From: Zootoca vivipara
Lineage: Eukaryota
Reading direction: 5' to 3'
DNA: 64,000 nucleotides
Assembly: GCF_963506605.1 (NCBI RefSeq)
Contig: NC_083286.1
Location: forward strand, 36,952,001-37,016,000
The position numbers and the translations under genes were made by a program. The notes under the pieces were generated by a model. It was not told the DNA's origin and did not search any database. It worked only from the letters and a program-made list of their open reading frames with translations. Below are positions 1 to 11,389 of this stretch, in pieces. How positions within the stretch are numbered: position 1 is the first letter of the stretch; each line of letters begins with the position of its first letter.

Positions 1-1309
1 TAGAAAGTGTTTAGTCTTCTTTTCTATAAAATATCTTGAGGCATGCTATAATAAATACTGTACAAATGATCACAATAAAACCAGTAAAAATGTTAAACAA
101 TGTTGAACACCTTTAACTCATGAAATGCTATGCCTTCCCTCTAATGTCACTCTCAGATGGTCAGTACTAGCAACTAAGGGAAATTAATTGATAAATTTCC
201 AGAGATACAGCATGATTACAGAATCCTAGAATTATAGAGTTGGAAGGACCACAAGGGTCATCTGGTCCAACCCCCAGCAAAGCTGTTTCAAACATCAGTA
301 CAAACCTCAAAGTACATAAATGTAAGAATGTCACATATGACAATCTACCTACATAATGAACATGGCTGGAAGGCTTTCTATGAAGCAGGAAAGTATTACA
401 TTGTTATATTAAGGAAGTTCAGTGGCTGCACTACAGGGTTTGATTTCCCAATTTAATTTCAAATATAATTTTGTATATAGAGGAGCAGGCAGGACCTAGA
501 CAGCCAGCTCCAGCAGCTTGTAACATCAGCACCCCAAAAAATCAGACACTACTTTTGAGTCTCTCTCCCCATCATTACCTTCTCACTCCAGCTAGCTGAA
601 AAATGTAGACCTCCTACTTCCTTCTTGGTTACTTTGCAACTCTCCACTGTTTCTCTAGTCGCCAATCTTCAAACTACATTTTGGAAAAGTTTACTAACCA
701 GATGGTCAAGCAATAGCAGCTAGCCTTAAACAGAGATATCAGTGATACAGCAGACGACATGCTATTTTTTGGCTAAAGTATGAAAAGGTACAAACCTTGC
801 CCCTCAAAAATTTATTCTCCATTGTAAGTCAGGTTTGACCACTGGATAACAATTGGGTGGCTAGGAAAACACTTTTCTCTGTCCAAAGCTGGATGAGAAA
901 AAGGTTTGGCTGTAAGTAGATTTGATCAGAGCAACAAACTGCTTACACAAACATATCTAGCAGGTTCTTTTTAACAGGTCATTTTGCTGTTGCCCTAAGC
1001 CTTCATGACACCAAGGGACAGATACAAAAACCATATAATGTGCCCCAAAGTCAATTTTGTGAGCAGCCAGTCAACTACCCATTCCTTTATTTTTTGTGAA
1101 CAGCCAATATTTCTAGGTGCTAAGCCAGTCACGTCCAAAGTCCGCCTCGGGGGCCTAATACTAAAAAAAGGCCAACAACTTTAGTCGGCCCTCACAGCCC
1201 TTCACTTCATCAAATCTGGCTCTCTTTGAAAGAAGTTTGGACACCACTGTGCTAAGCCACTGACCCCACATTGAAAATGTTTTGACAGAGGCTGCTCATG
1301 GGACAGATA

Positions 1310-1587
1310 CAGTCATACCTCAGTTTAAGTACACCTCGGTTTGAGTATTTTCAGTTTAAGTACTCCGCGGACCCGTCTGGAATGGATTAATCCATTTTCC
1401 ATTACTTTCAATGGGAAAGTTCGCTTCAGGTTAAGTACGCTTCAGGTTAAGTACTCCGCGGACTGTCTGGAACGGATTAATCCACTTTCCATTACTTTCA
1501 ATGGGAAAGTTCGCTTCAGGTTAAGTATGCTTCAGGTTAAGTACAGACTTCCGGAACCAATTGTGTGCTTAAACCGAGGTACCACTG
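1310..1587. mobile_element. Tc1/mariner (Tigger-like) MITE with an internal tandem duplication of about 90 bp
   Basis: TA-CAGTCATACCTC...GAGGTACCACTG-TA termini; duplicated internal unit. Confidence 0.8.
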
Positions 1588-1605
1588 TATTTTTCTTTTG
1601 AATGA

Positions 1606-1814
1606 GAAGAAGAGTTTGGATTTGATATCCCGCTTTATCACTACCCGAAGGAGTCTCAAAGCAGCTAACATTCTCCTTTCCCTTCCTCGCCCACAACAAA
1701 CACTCTGTGAGGTGAGTGGGGCTGAGAGACTTCAAAGAAGTGTGACTAGCCCAAGGTCACCCAGCAGCTGCATGTGGAGGAGTACCGCTCTTAACCACTA
1801 CACCACACTGGCTC
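1606..1814 (-). mobile_element. Squam3-like tRNA/CORE SINE, internally deleted
   Basis: Head GAGCCAGTGTGGTGTAGTGGTTAAGAGCGG, CORE-like GGGTGACCTTGGGCTAGTCAC, (CTT)n tail; family name from recall. Confidence 0.7.
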
Positions 1815-2419
1815 CAGTCAAGCAGGTGCTTTAGGTTTCTGAAATACAAACCTGGGAAACTGGAATGAGCAAACAACCTTCAAGACTCTGGGGAAAAAAT
1901 GCCTATTGCTCATCTCCAGATGCTTTCCACAACCTATAACACAAATACACCTATGACACTACCCCAGCCATGTATACTCACAAATAACCCCTCTTAAATT
2001 AAATGGGGCTTATTCCCAGGTAAGTGGAGTTAGACGTGCAACTTTAAGTATGTATTGGGGGGGGGGGTTCATAGTTGTTCTGCTCTCAAGCTTTTTTGCA
2101 GCCTTGGAAAGGGGATTCTCCGTGACTGCCCCCAAACTGTAGAATTTCCTCCCCTCTGCAGAGGTGCTTGATGCAGATTTCATTTTATGCTGAAACTGCA
2201 CCTTTTAACCTGGCCTTTGATAGCCGAGACCTTTATTTTCCTATTTAAACTGTGTTTTGGGCGCTGCGTTAGACATCGGTTTCACTTTATTTTTAACTGC
2301 ATCAGTGTTCTCTGGGGCCTTATGGCGAAGGGCAAGTGGGGTTGGGGGGGGGTGAAAATGCCGAACGGAAATCTTGTTTTATTATTATCACAGCAGTAGT
2401 TTGCGTGTCGTCTATCTCA

Positions 2420-3100
2420 AAAAATGTGAACTCTGCGCAGGCGACGGCTTAACTGGGTGGCATTGAAGGCGACACCGCTATTCGGAGGGAGCAACGAGGG
2501 CCGTCCGCAGCTCCAGCCCCGGCTAACCCTGAAAACTCCCTCAGGTGGTGCCTCTCCTTCGCCTCCACCGGAGCCCTACGGAAACTGCTGCCGCCGGCCG
2601 TTTCCTTCCCCTCAGCCGAGTCCGGCTTACCTGCCCTTCGCCCAGGAAGGCCAGCTTCTCGTAGCGCTTCGCACGCGCGCGGGCGTCCATCCCGACCAAG
2701 CGCGATTTAAAAACCGTCAAGTTTACGACGCCTCCAGGAAACCAGCGCGACTCCGGACTCCTCCCCCTCTCCCGTATACCACCGGCCTTCCCGCTGCGTT
2801 CTACGCATGCGCCACGCACGCGGGCAAATGACGCTCTCCCACCTCCCGAGGCTTCCGCCGGCCGTGGCAACAGCCTCTCAACATAGAGATAAGAAAGGAT
2901 AGACGAGCAGGCTAATAGAGCTATTACGGGGATAGGAAAAAACCGTGGTTTTCTTCTCGGGTTGCAGCTTCTCCGCCCACCGAGGAGTGCTAGTGAGAGC
3001 TGTCCATTTAAAAAAAAAAGAAAGAGGAGAAATTCGGTGTTTCGACATAACTGATTATTGGAAAGCTGCAGGTTTGTTCGTCGCTCGCGCGGCTAGAGGA
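2420..3100 (-). promoter_or_regulatory. CpG island promoter of CDK7
   Basis: CpG-dense and GC-rich; NRF1-like ACGCATGCGC at about 2803-2812; boundaries approximate. Confidence 0.75.
2631..2690 (-). CDS. CDK7: Cyclin-dependent kinase 7, coding exon 1 (rest of gene lies left of the window)
   Basis: MDARARAKRYEKLAFLGEGQ followed by a CAG|GTAAGC donor; matches the CDK7 N-terminus and Gly-rich loop; in a CpG island; syntenic with MRPS36. Confidence 0.95.
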
Positions 3101-4107
3101 ACCCCCTGCTTTGATTTCTAGTGAATGTTTTGTTCACGTTTAAAAACACCTTGCCAGTGAACTCCAGTATCCCCATATTGTAAGTGTGCCCTGGGAGGGG
3201 CACTGGGGATGACCAGCTGATGACAGGCCAGAAATGTACAGTATTCCATTGTTAATATTGCGGGGGGGGGGGGTTGCTAGTCAAAAGCACCCTTCAGATT
3301 GCAGCAGGGGCAGTGCTACAATTGGGCAGAGAGAGGCAGTTGCATCAGACCTTATCAGTTGGATGGATGTACAACTGTGCATATCATATTGCCAGCCCTT
3401 TGACCTGGTGAGCTAGCCTGCTGCCCTCAGGAGTGGTAGGTGTGTGCTGTTTTATCTTAACAAGTAATGTGAAAAGTTGGGGGGGGGAACAACAACCCCT
3501 ATTAACTCATCTCATTGCTTCTGTGAGAGCCCTCTGCTGCCCTAACACATCTTGCTAAAGTCTAAATCCCTGTTTTCCAGGAACAGCTGTCACTGCCATC
3601 CCAAAAGAGAGGGGTGGGGGAGCCTATTGTTAGCAGTGTTAGTCTTGCAACAAAAACAAGTGTTGTGGCACTTTAAGCAGATGTGGAGAACCTGTGGCCC
3701 ACAAGATATTGTTTCTCCCATTGGCCATGCTGACCAAGGCTGGTGGGAGTTGAAGTCGAACTCAACACCTGGAGAGACACAGGTTCTCATCCCTGCTTGA
3801 AAATGAGCATTTAATATGACATCAGCTTTCATGGACCACAATCCACTGCATTAGATCATATATAAATTGCAGTCGGAAGTTGGCAAGTATATACACATAG
3901 TTTAGGGAGAACTATAGCGGAGTGAGCAAACTCCAGTGAACCTCAACCACTTTGCTCAAGCAACTCCCTCCTTTCAAGTTCCCAAGTGCCAAGACAGCCA
4001 CTGCACCTGATTACAGCTGTAAAGATAGCATAAATAAATGCATGTTTGGTTGCACACAAATGAGTCTGAGAAAATATAAATGCAGCACAGTGTGATACAA
4101 GTTTATA

Positions 4108-4448
4108 TAAAGGTAAAGGGACCCCTGACCATTAGGTCCAGTCGTGACCGACTCTGGGGTTGCGCGCTCATCTCGCATTATTGGCCGAGGGAGCCGGCGT
4201 ATAGCTTCCAGGTCATGTGGCCAGCATGACAAAGCCGCTTCTGGCAAACCAGAGCAGCACATGGAAACGCTGTTTACCTTCCCGCTGTAGCGGTTCCTAT
4301 TTATCTACTTGCACTTTGACATGCTTTCGAACTGCTAGGTTGGCAGGAGCTGGGACCAAGCAACGGGAGCTCACCCCGTCACAGGGATTCGAACCGCCGA
4401 CCTTCTGATCAGCAAGCCCTAGGCTCTGTGGTTTAACCACAGCGCCAC
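4108..4448 (-). mobile_element. Sauria SINE
   Basis: tRNA-like head with B box GGTTCGAATCCC, BovB-like 3' part, (ACCTTT)n tail. Confidence 0.88.
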
Positions 4449-6011
4449 TCAGAAGCAAATTCCAAAAAATAAGTAGGCATGCACATCCTGATTGTTTTGT
4501 TGTTGTTTGGACTTTCCAAACAAAATATGCATTTATTACTCTATTTCTTTTCAGGATTTATACCCTGCAGCTTTTCATTTAAGGCCACTTTGCAGATAAA
4601 CTAAAGAGCAAAATAAGCACTTCAAAATCAACAGTTGCACCTTTATTTGTAATCAACCCATCACATTTAGAAGATTCCACAATTTAATGTAGGTTGGAGC
4701 AGAACCAATTTTGTTTCAAATGGAAATGTCATTTCATGATGACCAGGGAATCAAAAGGGAAGTAGATATCCTGCTACAATGTGGATGAGACCAGCATTTT
4801 ATTTGCAAGACGTGTTTATTGCCTTCCTTGGCAGATTTCATTCATGCATTTATTTTTAAGAAGTGCTATAGTTCAGTGGTAGCACATATGCTCTGCATTT
4901 TAAAAAAGTTCCAGATCCAATCTCTGGAAGCTATATACAATAGATGGGAAACCTCTTTACAATGAGATTTATACATAACTGCATCTCCCTATACTTCCAA
5001 CACTTTCCACTTATGGAAGTCTCACTTAAGAACACAGCTTTACCAATCCCTGCCTCTCTCCCCCCACTTAGAAATAATTTCCAGTGATCCTTGCAAACTT
5101 GGGAGTGGTTGGGAGATAGGGGGGGAGTTCCAGGCCTCAACTCTAACTGATGTTAGTAGCTAGAACTTATATGTTTCTAAAGCACAAAGATGAGCAAGGT
5201 CAAGGTCAAGACAACATAGGTGCAGCAGCAGGAGTGTCAGATGTGATTGTAGTGCTCTCAGCCATATAACTGGGTAGGCCTGACCTTACTATAGATAAGC
5301 AAGTGACACTGGTGTTGGGAGGGTAACTCTCTGGCTGCTACTATGTGTACTGATAGTCTAGATGCCTCATTTCATTAAAATAAATGGGCACCTGAGCCTT
5401 CAGAAGATCCTCATTTCATTTCACATCACAACTCATGAGGATCACAGGAACAAAGTCCATTTTGAGACCAAAGGATAGTATCAATACTAAACTTGATTGA
5501 TGAGTAGATAGTGCAAACATTTTAATTTCTTATTCCTTTGAGATTTCAAAAGAAAAACCTCTAGTCATTAGCATAACTTAGAGATAGATTTTAAAATGAG
5601 TTCCTGCATATTTGGACAACATTTCATCTGACAAGCAAGCTGAGTGAGAGTAGTACCTACAAGTGGAATTGGCAAGAATGGAGGCCTATATTTCTTTCCA
5701 AAAGAGCAGGCAGATAAGTTTGCAATAATATGTAACTGATGTTTAATAAATACAATTCATCCACTAACACCTGCAAGTTCTGTCTTGATACTGCTCTTAC
5801 ACCCCCACCCTTTAAAAAAAAACCTCTCCCAAAGGACATGATTGATGCTGTTGGAGAGAAGAAACAAATATTGCTTTCCTTCATGCCAGACAGGCATTAC
5901 ATGAACAGAGAAAACATCACGAGATTTTGCTGTTCTTCCTTAGTGTATCAACAACAGCTACAAAGGAGATAACAAAACCATTATTGCTAAGTAGAACGAA
6001 TAAAATAAAAT

Positions 6012-6017
6012 TTTAAT
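6012..6017 (-). terminator. Candidate poly(A) signal ATTAAA for MRPS36
   Basis: About 225 nt after the stop codon, followed by U-rich sequence; not verifiable here. Confidence 0.35.
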
Positions 6018-6240
6018 TGTAGAGTTTTATGAAGTGGAGTCACAATTACTCAAAACAGAATGGTCTTCTGTTCTAGGACACAGCCACTTTCTGAAGAAGC
6101 ATTTACCTTCTCATCCCTCTTGAAAGACCTTTAACAAAGCTATTTGCTTTTAGACGTTTATAACATTCAGAGAGTGAGGAAGGCCTTTGTGTGAATATAA
6201 GAGTTTGTTGTACACCAGTAGCTAACCGGAGTCTTGTGTG

Positions 6241-6258
6241 TTATTCTGGACCTCCACG
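6241..6258 (-). CDS. MRPS36: MRPS36 exon 4 (terminal)
   Basis: TTACAG|RGGPE-TAA, conserved C-terminus. Confidence 0.93.
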   Translation of the reverse strand, partial: RGGPE

Positions 6259-8165
6259 CTGTAAGAAAAAAATATTGGTTATTTATCTTTCAACAGAAAG
6301 AAAAATCGATTCTTGCACTGATACCAATTTGCATTTGGATAAAGTGACTGATATCTAACTTTATAGGGATACAGAATAACAGCAAGCCAACATAATTTTT
6401 CTGTTGCCATTTGGACTTTTCTGTAGTGTGCTATATCCCACTTACTATTTACGGGTCCAGTAAATTAACTGCCTGCCTGTATTTCTCAAAACAATATAAA
6501 TTTGAGTCCCTTGGGCCCAACCCACAGTTGTGCACTAAGTGTCCTCCCCCAAACACCGCAATCTTGAACATGAAACTATTTCATATTAATCCAGGAAGGT
6601 CATGTGGGATTTGGAGTAAGGTGTCATCAAAATGTGGATGACACCCATTGCTATTTCTCCTTTTTGTCCAAGTAAGGCAGCTGATGTTCCGAACAGCCAC
6701 TTTAAGATAGGTGGTGGGAACACTTGGCTTTACAGACATCGCTGAATTACAACTTCATCATTCTGGGTGATGTGCTATTCTTGCTGGGATTCATGAGAGT
6801 TGTAGTTCAGTGACATTTGGAAGGATAAAGGTTCTCCACACCTGCACAGGTAGTGAACCCAGGTTGAAACCAATGGAAGAAGGAGCCAAGTTATGGATTG
6901 GTTACAATAGCACCAATTACCGGTATATGATTTGTTTAAAACAGACTAAAAAATGGATTTTGGACCAAAGCTCACAGTTTGAAAGAGTTACTATGGAATT
7001 AGGATAAATTAATGTCTAAAATGTATAACATTGCTAGAATGGGAAACAAACAATGAGCTACTTAAAGCTTCTATGACACACTAGGCAATGGATATAGGGC
7101 ATAACATAGATTTAAACCTCTGGGAGAAACTCTGGAAGAATGATTCTCTGCACACTGAGATTGCTTTCATAGCACTAGGTACCTTTATGTCAGCTACTCA
7201 CTCTCCTACACATGTTGTCCATGCTATAGTAACACAAAGGGCTGATTACCATAACACATTATATATGGAGCTGCCTCTGAAAATTTAAACTGGTTCAGAA
7301 TGCAGCAGCTAGGTTGCAGATCATGACTTGTTATGCAAGCATACACTTGCTCTAAAGATCAACAGTAGCTTTCGGGCTGTTCCTGGGAACAATGCAAACT
7401 GCTGTTTTTAACATTTAAAGCCAAGCTGTCTAAGAGCAGGCTTCCACTTCCATATCAACTGGCCTGGGAACTGATCGTCATAGCTACAACACAACATGTT
7501 TTTATATATGTTGGAAGCTGCCCAGAGTGGCTGGGGCAACCCAGTCAGATGGGCAGGGTACAAATAATAGATGATTATGATAATTGTGATATACAGTATC
7601 TACAGGAACAGAAGCACCAGGCTTCTGAATACCAGTTGCTGAAAAACAATAATGAAAAAGAGCTATTGGCAACAGGTCCTTCTTGTGGACTATCCATAGG
7701 TCTCTAGTCTGATCCAGCAGTTGTTTTTTTATCATCAAAGACTTTCTCTGGGTGCCCCAACTGGTGATGTTTAGAAAAGGTTAGGAGAGAGGGGCCCTTT
7801 CTGCAGTTGCACCCCCTCTGTGGAACTTCATCCCATGAAAGATCCACCTGGCAACCTATATTTTTCTAGGCACTAGGCTGTCTTATTATCCAGGTTTTGA
7901 CAGTTTGGTTTTTCACCTGATGCTTATTTTATTGTTTGGCTATGAGGCTGTTGGAACTGTTTCAATATTGGTTATTGTTTTATCAATGCAGCACTAGATT
8001 GCAGACATTCCCATTGACTGCCCTAGGCTTTTATTTTGGAACTGTTTAAACTATTTCATTTAATGGCCACCTTGTGTCCAATTTATAAGAGAAAGGCAAC
8101 ATAATAAAAATTTCAGTAAAACAAATGCAAAGAATAAATTATGTAGGAAATCTCTGGGACCTTAC

Positions 8166-8368
8166 TTGGATATACTCCATCTCTTCCACCGACATGGGTT
8201 TCCTTCTATATTTTTGAGGTAACGTTTTTAATAATTCTGAAGTGTCAGGTGTGCCTTGAATTCTACTGGAGAATGAAATATTTGTAGATGATGACGGCCC
8301 ACCTCCTGCAGAGAGTTGTGAGGCTGAACCATGAGACAGAGGAACTCTTGACTGTAGAGGCTCCTGTA
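8166..8368 (-). CDS. MRPS36: MRPS36 exon 3
   Basis: ...GTPDTSELLKTLPQKYRRKPMSVEEMEYIQ, 203 nt, phase consistent. Confidence 0.95.
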
Positions 8369-8396
8369 CTGAAGGAACAAGAGACAGGTTCTAAAC

Positions 8397-8532
8397 CAGG
8401 CATCCCCAAACTTCGGCCCTCCAGATGTTTTGGACTACAATTCCCATCTTCCCCGACCACTGGTCCTGTTAGCTAGGGATCATGGGAGTTGTAGGCCAAA
8501 ACATCTGGAGGGCCGCAGTTTGGGGATGCCTG
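8397..8532. mobile_element. 136-bp palindromic hAT MITE
   Basis: CAGGCATCCCCAAAC TIRs, 8-bp TSD TTCTAAAC. Confidence 0.9.
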
Positions 8533-8577
8533 TTCTAAACCATTTACTTTAGCAAAAATATTCAGGAAACCCTAGAT

Positions 8578-8713
8578 CAGGCATCCCCAAACTTCGGCCC
8601 TCCAGATGTTTTGGACTACAATTCCCATCATCCCTGACCACTGGTCCTCTTAGCTAGGGATCATGGGAGTTGTAGGCCAAAACATTTGGGGTGCCGCATT
8701 TTGGGGATGCCTG
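8578..8713. mobile_element. 136-bp palindromic hAT MITE
   Basis: Same TIRs, 8-bp TSD CCCTAGAT. Confidence 0.9.
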
Positions 8714-9048
8714 CCCTAGATCATAAAGCATTCAGAGTAATAGCCATGTTATTCTGTGGCAGAAAACAACAACAACAAAAACAACTTTTTTGAAGTGAAA
8801 AGGGGAATTTTGGAATGGTACGTTCAAAGAAACTGCAAATGTCAATTTACACCAATTTCCAGTCTTAGCAAAAGAAATATGGTGACTAAGGCTGCGATCC
8901 TATACATTCTTACATGGAAGTAGGTCACATGGAACCCAATAAGACATACTTATGAGTACACAAGCCTGGGATGGGATGGTATTATGGCAAACCTTTTCTA
9001 AACATTACTTGATAGAATTAACATACATTTACAAAATGACATACTTAC

Positions 9049-9112
9049 TTGTAGGTTTGGGAGTACTTCTTCTGTCTGGAAACTTAATTAAGGGTGTATG
9101 TGGCTTCACTAC
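9049..9112 (-). CDS. MRPS36: MRPS36 exon 2
   Basis: VVKPHTPLIKFPDRRSTPKPT, 64 nt, AG/GT flanks. Confidence 0.95.
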
Positions 9113-9910
9113 CTAGAGTAAAACAGGTAAATGGAAGGCAATGTAAGATAACTAGGACAGCAATTCAATATACATATTCACATTTTCTTCCAAAGAAAAG
9201 GTGTATTCCACCAAGCACTGCTGCTATGTGGCATTTTACTGGGGAGCGCAACCCAACTCCTTTTGGAATGGAACATTGTCAACAGCAATGGCTTCTGAGT
9301 AGAATGGGATGGAATGCAAACTGGCTTGTTTGGGAGCAAAATACAAAGACATTTGAAGGTTTCAACTTTTACATTTGAAATGTTGGAGTAGTTGAAGAAC
9401 AAAACCTATACAGTAATGTAAACTCTAGAAACACTACTCACTTATTCATTCATAATCTAATGCTATCCAAAGACAAATGAAACATAACTGGTGGACTATT
9501 TTTTGTACTACACGAGGCAGGAGGTTTATCTGCATGGATAGTTAACAAGCACTAAGTACAAGGTCCAGTGGTCATACTTGAATTAATTGCACAGATTTCT
9601 CCAGAAGTGTTTCTTTATCCATTATTGTTTCTGTTGCAGGGAAGAATGTGTTTTTGTTCTGTTTACTGTTTACCTAAGGGGTGGTCAGGAAGCATATCAC
9701 TTGCTACCCTCATAGAACGTTGCTCACAAGTGGCAGTCTATAGCTGCTATGAAGTCTGAAACGTTGATCATTTGTTATGTTCTGAAGAGTAAAGTGTGCT
9801 AGAGTAAGGGAGGCCTGCATGACAGAAATATGCTAAGAGAAACTACTTTTTTCTAATTACCTTTTAAAACCATGTAAGAGCCTAACTAGAAGTGGCACTA
9901 AAAGAATTTT

Positions 9911-10082
9911 AAAAATTCCTTCCAGTAGCACCTTAGAGACCAACTACGGTAAGTTTGTCATTGGTATGAGCTTTCGTGTGCATGCACACTTCTTCAGATA
10001 CCAAAAAGGTACTACTGGAAGGAATTTTTTTATTTTGTTTCGACTACATCAGACCAACACGTCTACCTACCTGTAACTAGAA
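9911..10082. mobile_element. Penelope-like element fragment with inverted arrangement
   Basis: AATTCCTTCCAGTAG(C/T)ACCTT present in both orientations; hammerhead motif; homologous copies elsewhere in the window. Confidence 0.65.
9961..10004 (-). ncRNA. Minimal type I hammerhead ribozyme motif within a Penelope-like fragment
   Basis: UUGGUAU-CUGAAGA-A-GUGUG(CAUG)CACAC-GAAA-GC-UC/AUACCAA: catalytic core, stems I and II, palindromic AGCU helix III. Confidence 0.7.
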
Positions 10083-10276
10083 CCAAAAGAATTGTTAGCA
10101 ACGACGTTTGCATTTTAAAAAACAACAACAACAACAACCAATGGCAAGTATGAAAATGGGGTTTTTGTTGGAACTGTAGTCATGGAAAGGCTTAAAGTTA
10201 ACTTCAGTACAAGCTGCAGTACTGATGAAAAGCACCTCCTCCTACACCTGACATTTTTATTTAAAGCATAAAATAA

Positions 10277-10671
10277 TTGCCTTATGAGGAACGGCTTAGG
10301 GAGCTGGGTATGTTTAGCCTGGAGAAGAGAAGGTTAAGGGGTGATATGATAGCCATGTTCAAATATATGAAAGGTTGTCATATGGAGGGAGAAAGATTGT
10401 TTTCTGCTGCTCCAGAGAAGCGGACACGGAGCAATGGATTCAAACTTCAAGAAAGAATATTCCACCTAAACATTAGGAAGAACTTCCTGACAGTAAGAGC
10501 TGTTCGGCAGTGGAATTTGCTACCAAGGAGTGTGGTGGAGTCTCCTTCTTTGGAGGTCTTTAAGCAGAGGCTTGACAGGCATATGTCAAGAATGCTTTGA
10601 TGGTGTTTCCTGCTTGGCAGGGGGTTGGACTGGATGGCCCTTGTGGTCTCTTCCAACTCTATGATTCTATG
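10277..10671 (+). mobile_element. CR1 LINE 3' end
   Basis: ORF2 C-terminus [28 protein letters not shown]...FKQRLDRH and a CTATGATTCTATG tail. Confidence 0.9.
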
Positions 10672-11389
10672 GCTAATAATGACACAGTTTGCATCAAGTC
10701 TAGTTTGGCACAACTTGTGGCAGTGAATTCCCTAAGTTAATGAATGCTTTGTGCACATTAGTTTGATTTTTGATTTATTTATTTTGGCCATTCCAGTTCA
10801 ACTGCCAAATATCAATTCCATAGGATTACCTGAGTTCCAATATTACAAAAGAGGAAGAAAAAGTTATTTCACACCCCAAACGATGCCTTTCCCTATATAC
10901 CTTTTGTTTTTCCACCCTAAACTTAAGATGTACAAATATTTAAGTAAGGTGCTCTAGCCACCTTACTGCTAAAGGACAGGAAACTGCCAGCTATTTTGGT
11001 TATCATCATTATCAGGCTTGCTGCCCTAAGCACTAAAACGGACTGAGCCACTCTCCAAGCCACCAAACCAGCCAGAAATCTTTTAAGGCATAGCCTGTGA
11101 GCAAAAACGGAGTCAAACTGCTCGTCAGCATGTCGTCCAACAGTTTATTTCTCTTTATTTATTTTTTAAAAAAATGCCTCTCCCTCTTCTGCCAGGGGAA
11201 CTGCAAACGCCGATATTTCACTCAACTCTTATTTATAGTTGACAGGCTCGTCATTGACACGAGGGCTGACACTTCCTAGACTAGAGAGACTTAATCCGGA
11301 GTCAGTTTTGCAGGGTACAGAAGGATCTAATCCCGAGGCGATGAGAAAGATGATGGTGCATTGTAGGACAGCATTGCGACCCTGTTGCT

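Noticed and set aside
1-2630. Searched for CDK7 exon 2 (FATVYKARD...)
   Set aside because: No matching exon seen; it probably lies left of the window.
2457-2870. 109-124 aa ORFs over CDK7 exon 1, including an apparent N-terminal extension
   Set aside because: They begin at non-ATG codons and run through the splice donor; CDK7 homology starts at the ATG at 2690.
8397-8713. Two near-identical palindromes with a short spacer, resembling a CRISPR array or miRNA pair
   Set aside because: Eukaryotic context; 136-bp units with their own TIRs and 8-bp TSDs identify them as MITEs.
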